DNA of 64,000 bases, taken from positions 377,208,001-377,272,000 of the forward strand of contig OZ024742.1 of assembly GCA_964016885.1 (NCBI GenBank), read 5' to 3'. The notes under the pieces were generated by a model. The model saw only the letters and a program-made list of their open reading frames with translations. It did not search any database and was not told where the DNA came from. Positions 52,751-64,000 of the stretch are shown here, in pieces. This DNA is from Eledone cirrhosa. Lineage: Eukaryota. How positions within the stretch are numbered: position 1 is the first letter of the stretch; each line of letters starts with the position of its first letter. The translations under genes were made by a program, and so were the position numbers.

Positions 52751-53100
52751 TGTATAACATACATAGCATTTGTGCTGGTTGACCTCGAAATTTTATATAG
52801 ACTGCTGTTATTCTGTATGTCTATGACCTCTAGCTATCAGCGCAATCTACGGATCTGTTCCAGATATATAATACCCCCGTCTAACTACACATTTTAACAC
52901 ACTTGGGCTGCAGTCTGACAAATACACATGATGTATATTCACCACTATATGCTTAGTGTGTGTGAGTGTGACATCTCACACCTATGCAGGTTTAGCTGGC
53001 CTCCTCCAAGGTATATTCGTTGGAGGTGTCTTGGATGATTTAATGATACGTGTTTGGGTGATTTAACTATCTGCTTAGAGATGTTTTTATATACCTGCTT

Positions 53101-53320
53101 AGGGTGGTATTTGGCAGTAATCGCTAGAGCGTCGGACAACATTCTTTTCAGCATAGAGTTACAGCCCTTTACCTTCTGAGTTAAAATTCCGCCGAGGTTA
53201 CCTTTGCTTTTCACCTTTACGGGATCGATAAAATAATGTACCAGTAATGCACTGGGTCGATTTAATCGCCTTTTCCCTCGCCCCCAAATTATTGACCTTG
53301 TGCCTAAATCAGAAACCATT
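53101..53320 (+). mobile_element. Diverged SINE
   Basis: A/B boxes, core and tail. Confidence 0.8.
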
Positions 53321-54789
53321 ACATACCTGCTGCTGTTGTAAATCCTGTTTGAATATTCCAGCCATGCCTCCCATGTCTTTTGTTTTCAAGATTTTATATC
53401 TAATGCTATATTATCTAACATACCTTTTGTGGGGTATCTGGTAGACGGAAACTGTTTAGAAGCCCGTCGGATGAACTGAACTTGTAATTCAGAGTGCCAG
53501 TGATGTCACACACTGTGTTACACTGAATCTCCCTGAGAAGTACGTTAAGGGTACACAAGCTTGTGGAATGTTCAACCACTTACACGTTAATTTCATAAGA
53601 TGGCTGTTGCGTTAGTAAAAAAATTGTAACACTTATCGTCAAAATTGACGGAGATCAATTCCCTTTTACTAGCACCGCTTTTCTTAAACACTGAAGGATA
53701 AAAGACAAATTGGTATTGGTCAGATTCCAATGTGGGCAGAACTCACAAAAGCTACATCAAACAGTTATATGAGGAACTTAACAGTGAGTGTGTGTCTGTG
53801 AAATATATACATATGCAAGGGCGGTGCCCCAGCATGGCCTCAGCCGGATGGCTGGAACAGGTAAAACAGTATACAACAGACCCGAACACAAAGGAACCAA
53901 ATTCCCACCGTCACTGCCTCCGTCTCTCCCGATATACTCATCTCTCACGATTATGAGAAAATGGGGGCCCACGTGCTGGCCGCCCCGCGGACAGAATTGA
54001 GAAGGCGTTTCCAAGACGTATTAGATATTTTTGTTATATGAGAATGTTGTGTATAATCCGGAGAACCTGCTACAATGGATGACCTAGACAGATAGAGAAG
54101 GAGGGTCCTGGTGATATGGGCAACCAACACACCAAGACGATCAGTCCTAATATCGGTGAACATTGGATTTAGACCTTTGAGGAGTAAAACTAAATATAAT
54201 CTGACGCTTTACTGTTTCTATAAAGTCACTTATTCTGTTAAGTTTAAATATAATTTCTCTCGTTGACCATGTAACTGTAGCATAAGTCGAACTGAGAACT
54301 GACCAGCTTCATCACACAGTTCGACTTATATGTTGAACATTTAATTATATGTATATTTTGTCTTTATCATGTATTTTCACGTAAGTTCTGCTTCATTGTA
54401 AAATACTTCAGGACAACATTTTACTACCTTGGTAAACACTCTGACCCCGAATAGACTAGCGGTATTGTCGATAAGGAACGAAACTGTGTACACTCATTTT
54501 AACAGCTAATAACAACAGGGGTCTTGTTCTGTTGTCTAACTGAAACATTCATTCTTTCTTTAACTACCACTAAGCCCTCAGTCTTCTGTGTCCGCTGTAA
54601 CATCTGTGGCCTCTGCTCTATTTAAACCCTAATGGTTTTGTCTTCAGTTATTTTGACATATTCAAGTTGCTGGTGTGGTGGCTGTTTCTAAAAATTATTA
54701 TAGTAGTTTCTGGGATACTTACTAGTAAAATGTATTTTTGGTGTACGGTTTGGGTGTGATATTGTTAGTTATGGCCTGAGGATGTCCAG

Positions 54790-55120
54790 TATTTAAACCA
54801 CAGTAGATGTTGTGTATTAGAGCATTGTAGGTGTTGTGTGTATTAGACCACAGTAGATGTTGTATGTATTAGACCACTGTAGGTGGTATGTATTAGACCA
54901 CTTAGATATTATGTGTATTAAACCACTGTAGGTTTGTGTATTAGACCACTGTAGGTGTTATGTATATTATACCACAGTAGATGTTGTGTATTAGACCACA
55001 GTAGATGTTTGGTATATTTAGACCACAGTATATATTTCGAGTATTAGGCCGCTGTAGATGTTTGGTATATTTAGACCACAGTAGATATTTTGAATATTAG
55101 ACCACTGTAGATGTGTATAT
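54790..55120. repeat. Degenerate ~26-31-bp minisatellite
   Basis: TATTAGACCAC(A/T)GTAGATG repeated ~11 times. Confidence 0.85.
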
Positions 55121-55555
55121 TTCACACATAAGGGAGCCAGGGGCTATGGTAGATGACACATGGTCAAGATACAACGCACAAGGATCGAACTTGGAACCTA
55201 ATGATTGCGAAGCGAACTTTTAAATCGTTCAGCCACGTTGCCTTCATTGCCATAAAGGTGGGCAATTTATCAGAGCAGAATTGGGGGATCAATTTCTACG
55301 TTATGTTGGGGGCGGGGTCTGCGGAGGAGAAGGGGGAGAAGGAGGAGAAAGAGAAGGAGAAAGAGGAGAAGGAGGAGAAGGTAAAGTAGATATTTAATGA
55401 AGTGCTGTTTTAGGTTGTTCAGAAGTTAAACCAGGTTTAGTTCCAACGGTATTGTATCACCTATGGATTACATTTGCATCAGAATGTAGAGTGTGATTTG
55501 GAGTTTACACCAATGTCGGTGTATTTGACAGGTCTATGGTCACTTAATATATATA

Positions 55556-55963
<408 letters not shown>

Positions 55964-56829
55964 ATAATAATAAATTTGAAGACGAAAATCAAAAGAGAGC
56001 TCGATAAGTTTTATTTAATTTCAATTACCTCTGTATTTTATTTACTTTATTCTTAATTCTGAAGCGGAGAATCATTCGGTTTCCTAGTTAGAATTTTAGT
56101 CTACGACTTCTGCTATATCATTTACGTGGTTTTGTCTTTGCATGCAATTGTTCTCCACGCTCCACATATGACGTATTATCTTCGTTTTTTTTCGTTCAAT
56201 GCCAGAGAACGTCTCTATGAACCACCTAACAGAACATTAGTCTACGACCTCTTTTATACCATAAACGTGGTTCTGTCTTTGCGCGTAATTGTTTTTCACC
56301 GCTCCTCTTAATGACGTATTATATTCGTTTTTTCCCGTTCTTTGCCAGGGAACGTTTCCACGAACCAAAGTACCGTCTTCCTGTCTTCCTCCGATTGCAA
56401 CGTTTTTCGAAATATTCACTTCTGCGTTTACAGATTGACTTTGTTAGTTTCAGAAGTTAAGGGTGAAAGCAGCGATTCTTTGCTTAAACTTTAATCTGTT
56501 ATTTTAATAAATATATATATATATATATACGATATATTAACAAACGGAAACTATATTTATAAAACCATATTTATTTCATTATACATATTTCAAGGACACC
56601 AAGTTAAATTATGGTGTGCTTTCATCAGATAAAATATAATATGGATCAGTTTTATAAATAAATATTGACATACCCTTAAAGAATGCGACCATTTCTGTTG
56701 GAAGCTCCCGGAACTATTCGGGAGCTTCCAACAGAAATGGTCGCATTCTTTAAGGGTATGTCAATATTTGCTTGTTCTATCCCAAAATATTTGCTTGTTG
56801 TATCCCAACAATTTAAATAGAACTTCTAC

Positions 56830-56893
<64 letters not shown>

Positions 56894-56898
56894 GAATA

Positions 56899-57272
56899 TA
56901 AAAGAGAGATAAACACAGCTATATACATATATGTATTCAAATCGTAAGGGACCAGATTCGCTGATGAGCAAAAGAATTGATAATACTCTTCACTAAGATT
57001 GGGAAACAGCATCACCAAAAGCTGTTTGTGTGTCTGGTAGTTACCATGATATCGGTTTGTATTTATTTTCTTGATTTATTCTTTTAAATTGAGTCTGGCA
57101 AACCCTATTGTTCATAGTTAGTATTTTTCTCAGCCTAGCGAATCTGGTCCCTTACGATTTGAACACATATATATCTGTGTTTATCTCTCTTTTACACGGC
57201 TCGGAAAAATCTCTTTCTTTTAGCTATTTAATTGTAAGAGACTATTTTGAGTTTCTAACTCAATATATACCT

Positions 57273-57277
<5 letters not shown>
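56899..57277. ncRNA. Inverted-pair mini-element; HHR-like core starts exactly at the junction (56961)
   Basis: 56899-56962 is complementary to 57138-57194. CTGATGA...GAAA-cagc/gctg-TT at 56961-57026. Right arm extended. Confidence 0.65.
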
Positions 57278-57301
<24 letters not shown>

Positions 57302-57307
<6 letters not shown>

Positions 57308-57948
57308 GGAAAAAATGAAACGAAATTTCATTTCCCACTCTTAGTACGGCTGTTACTTAAATATAAGTATGTAGACATACATACATATATGTATACAGAC
57401 GTACAGTAGTATGTATATATATATATACATACATGCATACATATATATATGTACGTATGGATTCACCGAACATTTATTATATATAATGCTCGATGTGTTT
57501 GTAAACAAACATCCCCTATTAAGCCGTAGTGTCTAGCAACCATCGTTGCTCGTTTTCTCAACACCGACAAAGGAACGCTGTACTAGTTTCAAGCTTATTA
57601 GCTATCGTCAGCAACGTATACCTTCCTGCCAGATTGTTGAACGTATATACTTACCTTATGCATATTAACGTCTGAGTAGCCCAATTTGCATATCGAGTGG
57701 GTTAATCGGCCGGGTGCACCGAAAACGATAAACGGAAAAAATGAAACGAAATTTCATTTCCCACTCTTAGTACAGCTGTTACTTAAATATAAGTATATAC
57801 ACGTACATACACATATGTATACAGCCGTACAGTAGTATGTATATATATATACATACATGCATACATATATATATGTACGTATGGATTCACCGAACATTTA
57901 TTATAATGCTCGATGTGTTTGTAAACAAACATCCCGTATTAAGCTGTA
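57302..57948 (-). mobile_element. Retrozyme-like 426-bp tandem (1.5 units)
   Basis: 57303-57528 is repeated at 57729-57948. HHR in the unique part. (TA)n flanks. Confidence 0.82.
57575..57617 (-). ncRNA. Minimal type I HHR
   Basis: acgttg-CTGACGA-t-agct(aata)agct-t-GAAA-ctag-TA-cagcgt. Confidence 0.85.
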
Positions 57949-58152
57949 TATATATATATAATATATATATATAATATATATATATAATATTAGTAAATGG
58001 AAACTATCTTTATAAAACCATATTTAATTTATTATATATATTTCAAGGGTACCAACATTTGGTACGCCCTCATCAGATAAAATGCAAAAATTGTTTTACA
58101 GATAGTGACATATTCAAACTAGAACCTAACGTTTTGAGTTCTGTTTGAATTG

Positions 58153-58198
<46 letters not shown>

Positions 58199-58664
58199 AA
58201 AATGTGGAGAAGAATACTGCAGGTTGCACATGGATAACATGTTATAAAATGCGTCCCTCATCAGTGATTTGCCAACGATCATAGATATTTCATTGCATTA
58301 AAAATCATATACCTCACGTTGGTGCAATAATAACTAAATTAAGTTATTAGGACAATTAAAACGCGTAAAGCGAGTGAGACAAGTAACAACAAAGAGGAAA
58401 GCTAACCGTAGAGAGGAAGGGCACAAGCTACATAGTTACTCTGTCAGAATAAGCTGGGTGAATATATGAGCGCGTAGAAAAAAGACCTTTCGAGATGAAT
58501 CCAAATGTAAGAAAGAAGGAAATTGTTTTCGTCGCGAACGGGGTGAAGTGAGAAGGGGGGAAACAGTGAGTGAGTGAGTGGAAGTGTGAGGAAGAGGTCA
58601 GTAGAGAGAAAGTGTTAACTGACATGACAGAGGGGGCGAAAGAAAGTAAGAGAAACAGAGAGAA

Positions 58665-58704
<40 letters not shown>

Positions 58705-58864
58705 ACAAACGAATTGTGGTAAGGGACCAGATGGACCATAACGCACCAGAGTACTCAATACTTAGGGTAGTAGAGTGGGAAATAGGAAAAAGTAGACCCC
58801 GACGGCAGAGCTCAGAAATAGCCGTCGAAACGGCTTGAGCTCTGCCGTCGGGGTCATACTTTTT

Positions 58865-58959
<95 letters not shown>

Positions 58960-59380
58960 ATGGCCCCGTGTACTCCTGAGGTAGTAATAGGGGTGCCGTA
59001 TTAACACACTGTGTTTCTAGGACATATTAAAACCTGGGGAGCCCATCTCCTCTCCAGGTCTCAATACACGGATTTCTTCAAGAGAAGGATAGAGAGAGTT
59101 AGAGTTAGAGAATGGAGGTGGGAAAGAGATATAGAGGAATAATTTACCCCAGTATTAGACTGGTACTTTTTTTATTGACTTCGAATGGCGGTCCTGCTTG
59201 CTTGTTTGCATATACATATATATATATATAACGAAGGAAATGTGGTACGGAACCAGGTGGACCATAACGCACCAAAGTACTCAATACTTAGGGTAGTAGA
59301 GTGGGTAATAGAGTGGGTAATCTGAGTCCAGAATTAGCCGTCGAATCGGCTTGAGCTCAGCCGTCGGGGTCCTACTCGTT

Positions 59381-59431
<51 letters not shown>

Positions 59432-59659
59432 AAGGCGGGTAAAATTCCCGAGATCCATGGACGAGTTCTCTCCAGCGGTCTCTGTCCCTCATTATCGCTG
59501 CCATGTCCTGCGTCTCCAACAGACCAGTGTCTGTCCTTAGGGCATCAACATACGTTAACCTTGGTCTTCCACTTCTAGTGTGTCAATATAGGGGCTCCCA
59601 AAGGAGCACTGAGTGCAATGTCAACTCTGGATGTCGGTGAGCATGTCCAGCCAACCTCA

Positions 59660-60204
59660 GGACTCTGGCTTTACTCTGGCACCGGCTCAGGAGAGTTAGG
59701 GCGAAAAAGGTATCGGATGCTGAATTTGCCGACGACATAGTTTTGGTGACAAATACAGTGAAGGAGACAGAGGATTTGATGCGGGAGGTTGAGACTGTGT
59801 CGATGAGTGTGGCACTGAGAATGAATGAGACTAAAACAAAATATTTGGTAGAGAATGTTGAGAAGCCAGAGGGGATCACTAATGTAGGCGAGAAGCCGCT
59901 AGAATTGGTTGAGGACTTCGTGTATTTGGGAGCAAAGATTGGGAATACGGAAGATGATGTGGTTGAGAGGAAGAGCAATCCCTGGGCGGCGTGCCACAGC
60001 TTGAGATCGTTGTGGAAGTCGGACCTTCGTAGAGACCTGAAAATCCGCCTCTTCATTGCTGTAGTGGAGTCTGTGCTGCTGTATGGGTCTGCGACTTGGA
60101 CACTGACCAACAAACTCACTCAGATGGTGGATGGCTGCTACACGAGAATGCTGAGGATGGCTCTGAACATTAATCAGTATACACTGAGGATGAAAACCTC
60201 AGAG

Positions 60205-60207
<3 letters not shown>
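59660..60207 (+). pseudogene. Non-LTR retrotransposon RT fragment (RTE-X/L2-like)
   Basis: EFADDIVL, L.MN..KTK, VEDFVYLG, KIRLF...VESVLLYG..TWTL, YTRMLR.AL. Truncated at (TA)n. Confidence 0.85.
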
Positions 60208-60267
<60 letters not shown>

Positions 60268-60274
<7 letters not shown>

Positions 60275-60837
60275 ATACTTTGGGAGGGTCATGTTGCCAA
60301 TAAGAAACTCACGCACCAGAGGCTTTCACTCCAATTTATTATAAATTAAATTATAAATTAAAAAATTTATATATTTCTGGTTGGTTGGCTGGTTCCACAA
60401 CCGGACAGTTGTTCATATATTGTCAGAGTTCTTTCGTCACACATTCTGTGACCTCTTCGGTGACTGGGGATTCTTTTCTTCGTTTTGTGCCTCTCCTTTG
60501 TTCTGTACTACGCCATCTTGTTTTTTGTGAAACGACTGGTGCGTGTGTTTCTTATTGGCAACATGACCCTCCCAAAGTATAATTGTTTCTACTTTTGGCA
60601 CAAGGCCAGCAAATACCCAGTACATTACTGGTACTTTATTTTATCGACCCCGTAAGGATGAAAGGCAAAGTCAACCTCGGCGGGATTTGAACTCAGACCG
60701 TAAAGGGACGTAACTATGCTTCAAAGCATGGTGTCCGACTCTCTACCGATATTGCCAATCCACCGCCCTAAGTATAATACTATCGGTTTCAACACACGTT
60801 TTCAGATAAAGAATCTTGCTAAACAAATTCAGAAACG

Positions 60838-60844
<7 letters not shown>
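60268..60844. mobile_element. Naiad-like pLTR inverted pair interrupted by a minus-strand SINE (60582-60768)
   Basis: Minus arm 60268-60530 with HHR. Plus arm 60534-60844 carries the 60-nt extension. SINE TSD AAGTATAAT. Confidence 0.85.
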
Positions 60845-60890
<46 letters not shown>

Positions 60891-61274
60891 TAACAGATTA
60901 AAGTTTAAGCAAAGAATCGCTGCTTTCACCCTTAACTTCTGAAACTAACAAAGTCAATCTGTAAACGCAGAAGTGGATATTTCAAAAAACGTTGCAACCG
61001 GAGGAAGACAGGAAGACGATACTTTGGTTCGTGGAAACGTTCCCTGGCAAAGAACGGGAAAAAACGAATATAATACGTCATTAAGAGGAGCGGTGAAAAA
61101 CAATTACGCGCAAAGACAGAACCACGTTTATGGTATAAAAGAAGTCGTAGAGTAATGTTCTCTTAGGTGGTTCATAGAGACGTTCTCTGGCAATAAATGG
61201 AAAGAACGAAGATAATACGTCATATGTGGAGCGTCGAGCCCTCTTTGGAATTTAGTCTTCAAATTTATTATTAT

Positions 61275-61318
<44 letters not shown>

Positions 61319-61335
61319 TATATCATATATCATAA

Positions 61336-62528
<1,193 letters not shown>

Positions 62529-62594
62529 ATATATATTGGTTTATATATTGAAAGTAGGAGTTTATGTATATTATGAGACTCATTACTGATGTTA

Positions 62595-62885
62595 TCTGTT
62601 GATACATAACTGTGGGTGGGGGTGACCTCTGTTGTATACAGTAGGGAGGACCTGTGTTGTGGGTGTATACGGTGGTGGATGGCCTGTGTTGTGGCTGTAG
62701 ACGGTGGGGGTGACCTCTGTTGTATACGGTAGGGATGACCTGGGTTGGAGGTGTAGACGTTGGGGAGGACCTGGGTCGGGGGTGTAGACGGTGGGGAGGA
62801 CCTGGGTTTGGGGTGTAGACGGTGGGGGTGACCTGTGTTGTGGTTATATACAGTAGGGAGGACCTGGGTTGTGGTTATATACAGT
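62595..62885. repeat. G-rich ~30-bp degenerate minisatellite
   Basis: GGTGGGG(A/T)GGACCTG(T/G)GTTGTGG.TGTAGAC repeated ~10 times. Confidence 0.85.
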
Positions 62886-64000
62886 AAGGTATTTCTAGGC
62901 CATTGCTGTAGTATCGCAGTATTTCTATATTTCTATATGCTGTGTTTAAAAGTTTCTTTTCAAATGTAATACTGGGATTTAAAAAAAAAAAATTGTGTAT
63001 AGCTTTGGAATCGGTACAGGATCAACTAGCAATACTTTCTGTTTTTATCGATTATGTTCTTGTTATTTTAATTTTCGTGTATTTTTGTGGAGGTTGGGTA
63101 AATATTATTGTTTAAATGGATTTTTGTGACTTCTTAGAAAAGACTTCTTGAAACGGAATCGTGACTTTTAGGTGTCATGAAAGTGTGGAAACAAGCTTGA
63201 GAGTTGGAACACTTAAGTGTGTCCCAAGTTTTTTTATAATTTGACCGATATTCCAGTCAAAACCATCTCATTTCTTTTCATCCACTATATTTATCTTACG
63301 AGAGTATTCCGACATCTAAAGTGTATCGATAAATTTATTATAGATTCCCTATCTCTGATTAATGACCCTCAAAACATGTATATATATTATTCGTAATATG
63401 ATTCAATCTGAATATGTTCTAAAAATGGTTCTGCTGGGAATAGATAGTCGTCTGCTTTTGATTCTATTTTTTTTTATTAAAATAAATGACAGACATATAG
63501 AGTTTTAGAAATTAAAATTGCCGGGTGTCATTTTCCTCTTCATCAAAATAACACGTCGATATAAACGCATTATTTTTGGGGAAATGAATTGTTTACTCAT
63601 AAATGTTTATTAATTAATAATGATTATATTAAATATGTATAACTGTAGATTTATTAAAATATAATTTCCCTCGATACTTAACTCATCCGTCTGATTATTT
63701 CATCTTTAGTGAAATTAATTACATAAAAAACGCCTTGAGTCATATATCGAACAGATTTGTCTCTCGTCTGCTCCTCAACGTTAAAGAAACTTCAGCACCA
63801 TTCTAATGGATATTTATGACTTTAAAATCTTCTAATAAATATTATAAAATTATTAGGGTACAAGAATACTGAGTAGATATAATTACAAATCCTTGTGAAT
63901 ATTGTATGTATGTATGTATGTATGTATGTATGTATGTATGTATGTATGTATGTATGTATGTATGTATGTATGTATGTCAGGTTACCAGTTGATGCTACTG

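Noticed and set aside
53327-53400. Minus-strand exon ending at CAG|GTATGT
   Set aside because: No polypyrimidine acceptor, peptide unrecognised, and it lies between SINEs.
58283-58316. SECIS element (AUGA...AA...UGAA on the minus strand)
   Set aside because: The helix between the putative quartet and apical loop is far too short, and AUGA is not kept in relatives.

Overview
An AT-rich, repeat-saturated eukaryotic window. The tRNA-derived SINE family and dense (TA)n tracts resemble octopod cephalopods (inference only). No host gene can be confidently called, and most ORF-track entries are microsatellite or antisense artefacts. Main content: a near-intact Naiad-like Penelope-like element (PLE; RT plus C-terminal GIY-YIG, 4954-10196) whose ORF is broken by one in-frame TAG; two decayed PLEs of another clade; decayed RTE, R4/Dong, Tx1-like and other LINE fragments; Helitrons; many SINEs; and a 5.4-kb 50-bp satellite. 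The most striking signal is non-coding. About 16 mutually dissimilar short repeat families each carry a type I hammerhead ribozyme (HHR) motif and nearly all sit in (TA)n tracts. They occur either as asymmetric inverted hairpins (PLE-style inverted pLTR plus extension) or as head-to-tail retrozyme-like tandems (465 bp at 29375-30555; 426 bp at 57302-57948). All folds were done by eye, and none of the ribozymes is shown to be active.
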